Of a stretch of 64,000 nt of DNA, positions 11,083 to 23,712 are shown piece by piece. Position numbers and translations under genes: made by a program. The notes under the pieces are model-generated. The model ran no database searches. It had not been told where the DNA came from and saw nothing but the letters and a program-made list of their open reading frames with translations. Within the stretch, counting starts at the first letter, position 1. The number at the start of each line of letters is the position of its first letter. The stretch spans positions 580,383 to 644,382 of the forward strand of contig NW_015163620.1 of assembly GCF_001447785.1 (NCBI RefSeq). The letters are read 5' to 3'. Source of the stretch: Gekko japonicus. Its lineage: Eukaryota.

Positions 11083-12790
11083 GAGGGACTCAAGGGAAGG
11101 CTTAACAGAGGGACTGGGGGCATCAAGTCAGGGTGCGCAGGCACATGGAACAGGGGGCAGAGGCTCCAGAGATGGGGGAGCTGATGCAAGGACTCAGCAG
11201 GTGGGAGCTATTTCCTTTAACTTAATGGTTTATTATTTAACATTGAACTACAGGGCAGATAACCTGACTTGAAAAGAAAGGAATACAACAATACTTAGCT
11301 AAAGCTGTTTCTTATACATTAGGCCCAGGATTGCCCTGGCCTATTTTTGAACAGTTTGTTTAAGTCCAGTAGTCCTACAGCTTCCTATCAAGGAATCAAA
11401 CTATGTCTCTCCTGCTTGCACTAAGGCCTTCTGGGTTAGCCTCTTAGAGAGTGCCATACTTGGTTACATTCAGTGAGAATGCACTGAGGTCTAAGGGCAA
11501 ACTGGGAGTCTGACCTCAATGTACCAGTTATAAAGTATAGTTGGTAACCTAGGACAAACATGAGAAGGCAAACCCTGGTGGGTGACACAGTACAACCCCT
11601 GATTGAGGCCATGGTAAGGGGTCATCTCCCTTATAAATAAAAGCCGAATGGTGGTGGCACTTCTCTAAAACATTCCACACGCTCCAAAATCAGTTTGCTC
11701 TCTGATCTGTCATTCAGAGGGTCTCTCTATCCACTGGCTGCTTTGCCTGTGTCCTGCCTCCAACATTCTAAACATTTTGCTGTTCCTCTCCCGCCCATAG
11801 CCAATCAGAACACAGAGGTTATTTGCATATGCAGCCTCATTGGCCTTTGCCTCGGAACACAGAGGTCGTTCGCATATGCGACTTGATTGGCTTTTGCCTC
11901 TAACATTCTAAACAGTTTGCTCTTCTGAGGTAAAATGTGTCCAATCTCCAGGTGAGGGCTGGAGATCACTCAGAATTACAACTGCTTTCCAGGTGGCAGA
12001 GATCAGTTTCCCTGGAGAAAATGGTGGGCTCTGTAGCCTTATATGCTGCTGAGGTGGTCCCCATGACAGCCAATGTGACGCAGAAGTCATGACTTCAGAG
12101 CATGGGAGAAGCTGCAGGTGTGTGGGGGGTGGAAAGCTGAAGAGTGAGGGGGAAATAAAGGTAGGTTGATGATTGGCTGGGAAGGAGATAGGGTTGCCAA
12201 CTCCAGGTGGGAAATTCCTGGAGATGTGAGGGATGGAGCCTGGAAAGTGTAAGGTTTCAGGAGGCATGGGACCTTGGACAGGTACAAAGCCATAGACTCC
12301 ACCCTCCAAACCAACTATTCCCTTCTGGGGAACCATCGTTGCCAATCTCCAGGTGAGGGCTGGAGATCACTCAGAATTACAACTGCTTTCCAGGTGGCAG
12401 AGATCAGTTCCCCTGGAGAAAATGGTGGATTCAGTGTCATTATACCCTGCTGAGGTCGCCACAGCAAATTGACACTGAGTGTCCAAGGCCGGGGCACCCG
12501 CCCAGAGCCTCTTTCTAGAGGCCATTGTATTTATTTCCACAACGGGCCTTTTTCTTAGTAGTATATATGTGAAAAAGGTACACTTTCAAACATGAAGATC
12601 ATTTGTCAATTTTGCCAAAGGCATAGTTTTTGAGAATCCTACTCCCAGTTGAGGTATGTGCTTGTATATATATAAACACAAATATTTGTTCAATCTTCAC
12701 CAATGGGTACATGAGGGTACACATGATGTTTGAGGAAGGGAGAAAATCTTCACTTAGAGCGAAACACGCTAACCATCTTAAAGGGTCACT

Positions 12791-13155
12791 TAGGGTTGCC
12801 AGTCCCCAGGTCCTAGTGGGGGTTCCCCCAGTTTTTGGGGTTTCTACCCACCACCATCCAGCTGGCTGGTGGGGAAAACCCTGCCCCCAAACAATCACAT
12901 CCCCGCACAATGTGATGATATCACCTGGAAGTGATGTCATCATGTCAGGGACATCACACAGGACACTCTGGTTTGAGGGCAAAACTCTATAGTCAATTTG
13001 ACCTAAAACCATAGTTTTGTCCTCAAACCAAAGTGTCACTACACAACATTGCCAACACAATTACATCCCTTCCGGGTGATGTCATTGCGTCGGAGATGTC
13101 CTGGAATGCTCCCGAAATTCCCCTGCTGGTGTGGTGAGGGGACTTGGCAACCCTA
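12791..13155. mobile_element. hAT MITE (TAGGGTTGCCA family)
   Basis: TIR tagggttgcca/tggcaacccta with a perfect 8-bp TSD gggtcact. Degenerate relatives lie near 12190, 23230-23533, 27070-27432, 36734-37175, 39550-40142, 40787-40993 and 44700-44940. Confidence 0.85.
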
Positions 13156-14766
13156 GGGTCACTCTTGTTTTTGACAGTGTTGCATTTGCACGTTTTGAAT
13201 TTTCTCTGTGTCACTAACTAAAGTCTACCCGTCAGTTTCTAAATATAGCTCAGGACCAAAATCTTCAGCTGAGGAATGTCAGCATCTTGCCTCCTCACTG
13301 AGAAGAGGAATTCTGCTGTTGTAACACAACTGGCAATCCTGTTGATGTGTGAGGTAGAATGGAATCCAAGAGCATGAACAGCTGCTCAAAGTAGATTATT
13401 TTAAAACCAACCACCAAGTAATGCTTCCAAGACACAGAGGTCACTGATATGGTGATGAGTAACACTGTGCAGTATTTACAAAGGATCATGTTACAGCCTC
13501 TCTCTGACTCAAACATCTGGGAAAAACCCAGCAGAGCTGACAAACTTGGCTTTTCACCATATTTCCCAAAACGTTTAACGGATCCAAACAGAAGATGAAA
13601 GTCATGCTTTTATCTACATGCTGCTAGCATTCAGGCATCTGAAGCTGAAACGAGCATCACAACACATGGCCAAGAAATGAAAAGATATAAATAGATGCCT
13701 CAACTATGTGTTACAATGTGTATACCTAATCCTCCTGTTGCTTGACCCTTCTTGAAATACCTATATTGTCCCCTCCCAAAGCCAGCACAACTCCTTATCT
13801 TACCTGTTGTAGGATCTATCTCACTGTGCAAAGTGAGGTGGGAGGTCATTTGGAGGCCAAGGCTGGAATGGGGTTCTTCTCTCACTGCTTTCCCTATATA
13901 ACTAGACTGATTTTACCCAGACAGGATTCCTGTGTTTCATGGAAAGACGGACAGAAGTTGACAGGGAAGAAGACTGAGAAAAGCAACGGTCATGCTGTGT
14001 TTCTTTTGTCTCCTGCTTTCCCACTGCAGTTAACTTGAGACTGGAAATCCTAAATTTGCTCCTGATTTAGGACTAAAAACTTCGTGTATTTGTCTTTAAA
14101 CAGCAAGTAACAATAAGGGAAAACAAATTCTGAGATTAAATCAGAATTCAATTTTTTAACATCATTGTTATTCAAAGGTGTCCCACCAAATTTTGCATTA
14201 GAAGACTTCAGGTTCATGTGAATACAAATTTAGGGGGGGGGATCTTCTTTTCAAAATATTGGGAGTGCTTCCACATAAACATCCTCTCAAATTTTTAAAA
14301 AAATCTCTCGGAAGAATGGAAGAAAGATTAGTAAGCAGTGTTGTATCACTGTTCTATCTTACATGCAAGCTAAACATGGGAAATCTGAGACTCTGAAATT
14401 TTACATTTTGAATCCAAGTGGCTATAAATATTAGCAAATGCTACTCTGGGGCATCATTTTTTGGGGGGGAATGGGTGACGCACACTGTAGATATGGGGAA
14501 ATTGTGTTAAATTTTCACCAATAATGTCCTATAGGGAAGAATTTCACTGAATTTGTATCAGAAAGAAAAATCCCCAAGTACTGAGATACCTCAGTGAGAA
14601 GTCTTAGATGTTTGGAAAGACTGTACCATTTCCCCTTCATATTAATTAACATCCATGCTGGGGAGTTTCTGATGAACTAGCAGGCCCAATTGCCTGACTG
14701 CCATCTTATCAGGAACACAGCATTTGCTGCATAAATAGGGTGTAATATATGTACTGTGATAGTTAT

Positions 14767-15134
14767 TGTAGTGTATTCTGAAGCTGCCAAGAATACCTAA
14801 AGTGTATTGTGAAACACCTAATTGGGAAGCTATGTTAAGCTTCGTCTTGAACAAGGATTGTAGTCCAAGACTTAAGCGGCCAATCAGGTTCAAATGTATA
14901 TAAGCGGGAAAGACTCTGATTGGTTCATTATGCGCTCAACCTGATAGGTTGATAACTGTATAGTAGGTGTGGCTACATTAGCCCGGAATGTTTAAATACC
15001 GAGCAGCTGCAATGGAAAAGCTGTTCGGGCTATCAGATGTTGTATCGTGTCAGAGAAGTTGATCGTCGAGCTGAAATAAACCTGAGTTTTGCTGAAATCA
15101 CTCTCTGGCTATTTTGTTGAGCACGGACTTAACA
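14767..15134 (+). mobile_element. Solo LTR
   Basis: TGT...ACA termini, 5-bp TSD gttat (14762-14766, 15135-15139), CCAAT boxes, TATA-like tttaaat near 14991 and AATAAA near 15075. Confidence 0.8.
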
Positions 15135-15279
15135 GTTATTTATTAAAATATTTATACCTTGCTTTTCTCTTTGGCCCAAGGTGGCTTGTGGCATTATCAC
15201 AATGAATGTAGAATGATAACAAACATTCCAAATCTGAAGGCAAAAGGTCTGACCTATAGAATTCTGAGCCCTGCTCTCA

Positions 15280-15692
15280 ATAACCCAGGTTAGCCCAATC
15301 TCATCAGATCTCAGAAGCTAAGAAGAGTTGGCCCTGGCTAATATTTGGATGGGAGACCTCCAAAGAATACCAAGGTCATGAGCAGTGTTCCCTCTAAGCT
15401 GAGTTAGTGTGAGCTAGCTCACATTTTTTTTTAGCCTCTGGCTCACACATATTTGTCTTAGCTCAGGAAGGACGGCTCCAGAGCAAACTAGTTTATGCAG
15501 TAGCCAAATCACTTGCTCACAAATTTAACACCAGTAGCTCACAAAGCAGAATTTTTGCTCACAAGACTCCACGGCTTAGAGGGAGCATTGGTCATGCGTG
15601 GAAGCAGGCAATGGCAAACTGCTTCTGAACACTTCTTGCCTTGAAAACCCTACGGGGTCACCATAAGTCAGCTGTGACTTGACAGCCCTTTC
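15280..15692 (+). mobile_element. 5S rRNA-derived SINE (SINE3 type) with RTE-like tail, interrupted by a hAT MITE
   Basis: gcccaatctcatcagatctcagaagctaag...ttggatgggagacc is a degenerate 5S internal promoter region; tail ggggtcaccataagtcagctgtgacttgacagc. Confidence 0.75.
15383..15590. mobile_element. hAT MITE (CAGTGTTCCCTCTAAGC family)
   Basis: TIR cagtgttccctctaagc / gcttagagggagcattg; TSD gtcatgag/gtcatgcg. Confidence 0.85.
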
Positions 15693-17371
15693 CAACACCC
15701 CCATAGGATTCTGAAAACAAGGGAGAATAAAATAAAAGAAATAAAAGGCCATTTGGTAGCAAAGTGGAACCATTTGGTAGTGATTTACCTTGGCAAAATG
15801 GAGGGACATTGTGCTATTTGCATAAAGTGGGAATAGGGGTGAGGTGCAAGCCGAGACTTGGGCAGCTACATGGGAAGTATGTGACATCACGGTTTCAAGG
15901 CAAGCAGGTTAAAGGAACAGGTCCTGTAATGCTGTGCTACCAGGTTCCCAAGATCCCTCTGGCTTCCCTCCCTGATATCACCCAGAAGCCACACACATAT
16001 CATATCAAAACAAGTCACACAATTTGCCTAGCCACATGAGCCTCCAAGATGATCAGGGTCCCCAGAATTTGTCAGTGGCTCTTGCACAGAGGGCTGAGGG
16101 AAGTAAAGACAGAAGTAGGAGGAAAATTCAGCCACAGGCTTAAAGGAACAAATGTAAGTCATGCAGTCATGGAGAAAGTACAAAGGGGAAACCAGGAAAA
16201 CAACAGTGGGGTTGTTGGTAGGTAACAGATAAGCAAAGGAGTTTGGGGCACAAGGGAGAATATGTGTCACGATCCAACAGGTTAGAGAAGTCAAGGCAGT
16301 CCTTGAGACAGGAGCTCATGTCTATTGCTCAAATCAATCTATTTCGCATATTAATTTGAGCAAGCCAGCTAAACCTTCCGCTGCAGGTCTTATGTGTGTT
16401 ATTCAATTAACAAGAGAGTTCATCCAGAGAGCGCATGTTACTAATCACTTAAGTATCCTGGCACTTGAGTTGCAAATTGATATTTGCTTATTATCTTATA
16501 ATTCTGATATCAATAGGCTCAACAGTGCATCTCCCCCATCTTCCATTTTAGGGTACTACCAACTGGGAAGTTTTCACATACAAATAACTAAGGGCTGCAT
16601 AAAGACAACTGAGCACATTTCCCCTTATTACAACAGACCTTGCAGATGAGATCGCTGATACCATTATTTTAGATAATTTCTCTGCAGATTGTCATCACAG
16701 TTGCTTAAAAAAACTTAACTGATCACATCTGTTACAAACTCATATTATAGGGTTTTAAAAAAATAAGTAATAGAAAAACACTGACCTGTCTACCCAGTCT
16801 GTAATGCATACCATGTGGTGTCAAAGTTGTAATTAAATACAGTGCGACACAAATCAGGTCCTCCAACTGTTAATCTCATTATCACCTTCTCAGAGCTGCT
16901 TTGCCAGAGAAAGTAACAGCTATTGCAGTTTTGCTGCTCATCCAATCAGAATATTAAATTAATCAGTATGTTCCCGGCACAACGATTGCCAATGCACTTA
17001 ATCTTGCTTTGCACAGAGCACATGAGCACATGGAATGGGAATGTGGGGGTGGGTGGGTAAATGAAGAGACAACACAATGGTGCATGAAGCTGGATATATT
17101 TTCATTAATATTTTTGGTGATGCATTGTAGGATGTTTATATGTGGGAATGTGTTTTGGATATAGGAAGAGTTTGTCAAAGGCTCTATAACAGGTTCTAAA
17201 TTTCCTGCCATCTGCCTTTCCTTCTGTCTTATTTTTTCCTCTTCTCAACAAAGGATACTCTTTATTTGTTTGCTTTCCAGAATCATATGATTTTCTGATG
17301 AGAAAAGCCAGATTTTATTAGGTGGAACAGTGATTTTCCACCTGATTCACTATCACCAAGTAGAATGCAGG

Positions 17372-17532
17372 AGGGGCTGCGGCTCAGTGAGAGAGCTTCT
17401 GGTTGGCATGCAGAAGGCCCCAGGTTCAATTCCCAGCATCTCCAGTTAAAGAAGGCAGAGGCAATACTGACTTTGGTGGACCAAAGGGTCTGATTCAGTA
17501 TAAGTCAGCTTCATGTGTTCATGTGTTCATGT
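17372..17532 (+). mobile_element. tRNA-derived SINE, internally deleted
   Basis: ggggctgcggctcagtg...ggttcaattcccagc; tail (ttcatgtg)n. Confidence 0.75.
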
Positions 17533-18044
17533 AATGCCGAAGGTGAGCAGGTCTTGATGGGAAACTTCTTGGGTCCCCTTCTATCACTGTCTTCTGCCAG
17601 TGAATGAAGACTTTATGTTTTATTTGGCATTCCCTCACTGCCCCTCTTTCCTGTTTATGTGTTTATATCAGAGGTTCCCAAATGTCTTTGGCCTACTGCT
17701 ACCTTTTCATTAAAAAAAAGTTTGTGGATCTGCAGCTGGATCATTCCAGCCCACCTGGATCATTCCAGCACCCCGGAGGGGGCAGTATTGCCCACTTTGG
17801 GAACCAGTGGGTTATGTTTCGTTAATTGTTGNNNNNNNNNNNNNNNNNNNNNNNNNNNNNNNNNNNNNNNNNNNNNNNNNNNNNNNNNNNNNNNNNNNNN
17901 NNNNNNNNNNNNNNNNNNNNNNNNNNNNNNNNNNNNNNNNNNNNNNNNNNNNNNNNNNNNNNNNNNNNNNNNNNNNNNNNNNNNNNNNNNNNNNNNNNNN
18001 NNNNNNNNNNNNNNNNNNNNNNNNNNNNNNNNNNNNNNNNNNNA

Positions 18045-18297
18045 TTAGATAAGATAGATAAGATAGATAATACTAATTCTTTCCTTAATAATGGTTTCCA
18101 CCAATTTACCCGGTATCGACGTCAGACTGACTGGCCTGTAATTTCCAGGATCTCCTCTGGATCTGCAGCTGGATCATTCCAGCCCACCTGGATCATTCCA
18201 GCGCCCCGGAGGGGGCGGTATTGCCCACTTTGGGAACCAGTGGGTTATGTTTCGTTAATTGTTGTTTTTGTTTAGATAGACAGACAGACAGACAGAT
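18045..18297. repeat. (GATA)n and (GACA)n microsatellites next to an assembly gap
   Basis: tagataagatagataagatagata at 18046-18069; agacagacagacagacaga at 18277-18295. Confidence 0.8.
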
Positions 18298-19285
18298 GGA
18301 AGGAAATTAAAATAGCTTGTTTTAATGCTTTTGATTGTTTACTACCTTGGAGAATATAATTTGGGTGGAAAGGTGGCATATTTCCCAAACACACCCCAAA
18401 ATCAGTAAAAATGAATAATACACTGCTAAGCAAGTCTGTATGGGAGCTGCAGCCGACAACCCACTGAGAGGAATTCGGGATCAGGGACAGACCAGAGTTT
18501 TGGATGAGTCCTAGAGCGTTGCCCCAACAGAATGAAATCACTTTCAGGGGGTTTTTTGCCAGAAGTGACATTGTATGCTAGTGTGCTGTTGGTGCGCCTC
18601 TGTAATTTCTGCAAATTTTCTCTCTGCAGGCCTATGAGGTATCATGAGGCAAAGAACTGAGATAGTCATTGTGAGGACTCCCACTATAGCTGTAGAGGGA
18701 AACTCCCCCCTACCCGTATACAATGCCAAGTGACTCTGAATGAGAGGTCTCTTTTCTATATTGTTTTGACTTCCACGATGGAAGAAAGACAATATATAAA
18801 TGTATGAAGAAGTATGAATTGATCAACAAGAAAGCTTATAGGCCTGTCATGGAATCCCAGCACATTGCAGCCTCTTCTTGGATGTTCATTTAGACAAAAA
18901 AGGACTAACCATTTTGCTCTTCTTCAGACTGTTGGCCTGTTGCTGAACAACTATGGCTTTATTGGGGTTTTTTAAAAAATATTGTAGAAACATTGTGAGC
19001 TGCCTGAAGAGTCTTGTTAAGACACAGGACATAAATATTTTAAAATTAGTAACTATGGATGTGAGCCAGCAGCAATTAAGCCCTAAATCCAAATAATTTA
19101 TATAGATCTACTTATATATCTAGATGTCTGTGTGTGTAGTCCTATGCAGACTAAAGCCATTTATTCTCTGTATAAGATTGCAGTGTTAGTCTCTGACTTC
19201 TCAATGTGATAGTACTTAACTCTGAACTGTGTAACTTTTCTTCAATTAGTTGTTGTAGATTGGCTGTGGTCTTGGCATTGTGGTA

Positions 19286-19326
19286 TTTGACATTTCTCCA
19301 GCAGCTGTGACTGACATCTTCAGAGG
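19286..19326 (-). ncRNA. Duplicated, more degenerate PLE hammerhead motif
   Basis: CCUCUGAAGAUGUCAGUCACAGCUGCUGGAGAAAUGUCAAA, lying inside the 440-bp duplication. Confidence 0.5.
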
Positions 19327-19428
19327 TATAACACAGAAAGATGGGAGTACTCTCTGTGTCACTGTGAAGAGAAAAATGATAGGCAGGTAATTTATATCTA
19401 CTCAGGAAGGTGGGATAACGCTGAGTCA

Positions 19429-19504
19429 GAAGACAGGAGGGCCTGGCGTGATCTTGTCCATGGGGTCATGAAGAGTCGGACTCGACTGTGCGACTGAGCA
19501 AGAA
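19429..19504 (+). mobile_element. BovB/RTE LINE extreme 3' end
   Basis: gacaggagggcctggcgtgatcttgtccatggggtcatgaagagtcggactcgactgtgcgactgagc matches the BovB 3' terminus. Confidence 0.85.
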
Positions 19505-19759
19505 AGAAACACTGTGAGCTGCCTGAAGAGTCTTGTTAAGACACAGGACATAAATATTTTAAAATTAGTAACTATGGATATGAGCCAGCTGCAATTAAGC
19601 CCTAAATCCAATTAATTTATATAGATCTACTTATATATCTATATCTATCTGTCTGTGAGTGCAGTCCTATGCAGACTAAAGCCATTTATTCTCTGTATAA
19701 GATTGCACTTCTCAATGTGATAGTACTTAACTCTGAACTGTGTAACTTTTCTTCAATTA

Positions 19760-20929
19760 GTTGTTGTAGATTGGCTGTGGTCTTGGAATTGTGGTACCTG
19801 ACATTTCACCAACAGCTGTGACTGGCATCTTCAGAGGTATAACACAGAAAGATGGAGTACTCTCTGAGTCAATGTGAAGAGAAAAATGGTAGGCAGGTAA
19901 TTTATATCTACTCAGGAAGGTGGGATAAGGCTGAGTCATTATCTTGTAGGATTTTCCCAGGCTGTGAAATGCTAATGGAGGAGCTTTCCTGAGGAGGTTC
20001 TTTTGCATATGGATTGGGTGTTGAAATTCTAATCTTATCTGTAGCGCTGTTGTAAGATGTAGAGCATTTTGTGTTTTTCAGGACAGGAAACCATGCCCTA
20101 TTTATTTTTAAACTCTCTTTCCTGTTGAAATTGTGTTTATGTTTATGAATTTCAATGGCTTCCCTGTGTAAACTGACATGGTAATTGGATGTGCTGTCCA
20201 GCATTTCAGTGTCTTAGAATAAGATACTGTGTCCTGTTTGAGTTAAGCTATGTTCATCCACTGCTGATTTTTCAGGTTGGAATTGGAGTTTGTGTGTAAA
20301 TAATGATTCGTGTGAGTTGGTTTTCTGTAGACCTTGTGACCTAATTGAAGGTTAGCTTTGTGGATGACCATGATATCTAGAAATGGGAGTTTACCCTCGA
20401 TTTCTTTTTCCATGGTGAATTGTATGTTTGGGTGGATGTTGTTGAGGTGGTCTAAAAACTCCATCAATTCTACCTCTCCATGGCTCCAAATGATAAAGGT
20501 ATCATCTACATACTGGAACCAGACTGTAGGCTTGTGGGGTGCAGATTCTAAAGCTGTTTCTTTCAAAATGTTCCACGTATAAGTTTGCTATAACCAGTCT
20601 GAGAGGGCTTCCTATGGCAACCCCATCCATCTGTTCATAGAGTTTGTTATCCCATTGGAAGTAACTGGTTGTCAAACAATGGTGAAATAAAGCTGTTATG
20701 TCCTCCAGAAAAATATGATTAACAAGTGCGAGAGTGTCTTTTACTGGAACCTTGGTAAAAAGAGATACCACATCAAAACTGACATGTATACCCTGTGGGT
20801 TGAGTTTCAGAGGACTGATTTTGTTGATGAAATGTGTTGAATCTTTGATGTATGTTGTGGTTTTTCCAATGTGGTTCTGTAGAAGATTGGCCAGATATTT
20901 AGCTAATTCATATGTAGGGGAACCAATTA
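19760..20929 (-). mobile_element. Penelope-like element (RT + GIY-YIG remnants, pseudo-LTR), 5'-truncated and internally deleted
   Basis: SFDVVSLFTKVP, QMDGVAIGSPL, YVDDTF, LPFLD, VYRKPTHT (PLE RT); REAIEIHKH..NFNR (GIY-YIG C-terminus); TSD tttc(t/c)tcaatta at 19748-19759 and 20930-20941. Confidence 0.9.
19797..19837 (-). ncRNA. Minimal hammerhead ribozyme motif in PLE pseudo-LTR
   Basis: CCU CUGAAGA U GCCAG-ucacagcug-UUGGU GAAAU GUC AGG: catalytic core, stem II and closing CCU/AGG pairs. Confidence 0.7.
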
Positions 20930-23712
20930 TTTCCTCAATTATTAGCAGCACAACCCTATGTAGAATTACCCCTGTCACATGAAAACATGAAGTCAGATCA
21001 CTGGTCCATCAATGAGTACTTTTATAGTCCACTGTTCCTCAAAGGAACTCAGGGTACTGTACATCATTCTCCTCCCCTCCATTTTTTCATCACAGCAACC
21101 CTGTGAGGTAGGTTAGACTGCAGGAGAGTTACTGGGCCAAGGTCACCCAACAAGCTTCACACCAGAGTAGGGATTTGAACCGGGGTCTCACAGATCCTGG
21201 TTCATCACCGTACACCATGCTGGCTCTCATCTATTCTGAGTGGCAATAGCTGTCCAGGGTCTGAGGAAGAAATGTTTCACATCAACATTGACCAAGGTAG
21301 TTAGCTAGAGATGCTGGGGAATGAACCTGCAACCCTCTGCATGCAAAACAGATGCTCTAAGCCTATTGAAAGAAAAAATACTGAGATGAAAACTTTACAT
21401 CACTGTTACTGGGGACCATGAGAAAACAATCACTGAAACTATATCTCCTTCTTGTAAGCCTCCCTTACAGTAAGATTCTGTGTTCCAGGGTAATAAAGAT
21501 ACCGCAACAGGACTCTCTGTCCTGGTTTGCTTATGATACTCACAGCTTCTCAGCATTTCTCTCTGTCTCAATCATGGACTAGGAAAAATGAGCATAAAAT
21601 ACCCACAAGAGTTATGCCTTGAATATGTGTAGAATTTATAAATAATAAAATGAGAGACCTCTGTGTGAACTCCTTTGCAAAATGGCAGGTGTCTGCATGA
21701 GGGGCACAGAGTGCGGTCTTCAGATTGTTTAAAACTAGAGTAGTCCCACCAAATAGTAGTGCTTTCTGAATAAGTAGTGAAAACATTATAGCCGTATGCA
21801 GATTATTCATGCCCAAACCCCCACATAGAGGCCATTGTGTAGCAATAATAATCAATATTCATGTGATCCTTTTAATAATTTATCATAATAAATATTTATA
21901 CAACATACATGATGAGGCAATATAAATGTTTTAGTGGCACACGTCAGAGATCCCTGCATTATTTAGGAGCGATGAAGCCACAAGTAAGTTGTATGTGTCA
22001 TCCCAAATGTGTCCGGTAAAAACTTGGACATCACAGTGTCTTTTGCATATGCCTCATGTGCTGTAAAAATACTGTTTTGAGAACCTTCTAAGGTGCTGAC
22101 ACCAATTTTATCCTCAAAACACTCCTTGAATGAAAGCTACTCTCTCCTCTCTGGTTTGGTTTTTTTTGTCTGATAGCTTCTTGCTTGGAAAGAGCTTAAA
22201 TGGATTTCTTTATTTTAACCATAGTATGGCTGACTTTTTTTTAAAAAAAACACAAGTTTATATCCTCGGCTTTTTAGCACCTATCAGGTTTAAGCACATA
22301 CACAAGCAGAGGACATAACCAATGCAGAAGAAACCCTAATACCTTGGGAAATCCTCCTGAAATCCTAAATGAATGACCACACAAGATTATTTACAATAAT
22401 GTATTAGCCATCAGCATTCTGTTTTTGAGTGTAGTTATCAGGAAATATGGTCCATTGAAATCGATGAAACTTTCAAATAATGGTGGGAAGTTGCCTTAGG
22501 CAGCCAACCATGATTTTATTTATTTATTTATTTAAACATTTATACCCTGCCCTCCCCGCAAGCGGGCTCAGGGCAGCTTACAAGGGGCATATGCCCATAT
22601 ATAAAACCAGATAAAACAATAAAATCATAGATAACAACAATAACAATAATAATGTGCCTTTTGTAAACAGATGGTCTTAAGTGGTTTGATGGCATCTACA
22701 AATCCTCCCCAATGGGGTGACACTGTCCAGCAGATGGTTAAAGCCAGTCCTGCATTATCAATGCCACGCGGTTTGTGGCGGAACTTCCAGGGCGATTCCT
22801 AGTCCCGATGGTATTGCCACCGTTGGTATCTACATTCACAGAATGCAAGATAATTTAATAGAAGATACAGGGCTGGCTCCAGACTAATTTTTCTGCAGGT
22901 GCAAGGACTTTTACTCCCAGGAAAATTATTTCAGGGTATTTGGGTCTGCTGTAGGACTGGAGAGACAAGGCCAGAATCCTTGTGTCTGTGGAAATGTATC
23001 CAAGGCATGTTTTCCTTCACATCAGGAATGCATACTCCATTTTCAGTAGACTGCATTTGTCCATTTTATTATTATAATAGTGAGGACATTATTTATTAAT
23101 TTAATCTATTTTTTTTTAAAAAAATTATATTCCATCATTTGTCCATTCAAGGAGGCGAACAAAGCAACAGCAAGTTGCAAACAGGTAAAAACAGTATAAT
23201 AGCCCATTAAATACAAAAAAAAATACAAAATACATATACAAACCAAGGAGGCCACCAGCTCTACCTGTCACCACTCAGCTGGGCCTTTCCAGGGATGCCA
23301 TGATGTTACGTCTGGTGTGACCCAGAAATGACTTCATCATGCTCTAGTGTTTGCCCAAAACTTTATGGTTAAACCATAGAATTTAGGGTGAACTCCAGCA
23401 CATCAACAGTAAAGCAATGATTCCACTTCTGGGTTATGCCAAAAATGACTTCAACACCTTGGCAGCAATGTCACAATGCTTCCAACAATGCCCCTCCCCA
23501 GGAGAGTCTCCTGCCTAATAAACACGCAACCCTAATAAATACACAAAGTAAACACACAGCTCAATCTGCCAAGAGTCCTCTACAAAACGGCCTTCGAAAT
23601 AAAAATGTTTTACACAACTCTCTGAATGCAGGAAGTGAAACCCCCCCCCCCCGTAAAGCCATTCCAAACACCTGGATCTACCAACAGTAAAAGCCTACAA
23701 CCTGATTGTGTT

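Larger units (their letters stand above)
18986..19938. repeat. ~440-bp direct duplication (18986-19428 / 19505-19938) flanking a BovB tail
   Basis: Direct comparison: both copies run from agaaaca(t/c)tgtgagctgcc to ggctgagtca/cgctgagtca with scattered mismatches and one indel. Confidence 0.9.

Noticed and set aside
15288-15375. 5S rRNA gene (also 52040-52125)
   Set aside because: Partial and diverged, with no terminator; fused to a SINE tail.
17726-18265. ~105-bp direct repeat either side of an N-gap
   Set aside because: Flanks a gap and a microsatellite; most simply a scaffolding overlap or haplotype artefact.
19248-19938. Native tandem pseudo-LTR pair of the Penelope element
   Set aside because: The repeat includes ~260 bp of host flank and surrounds a BovB tail, so it is better explained as a later target duplication.
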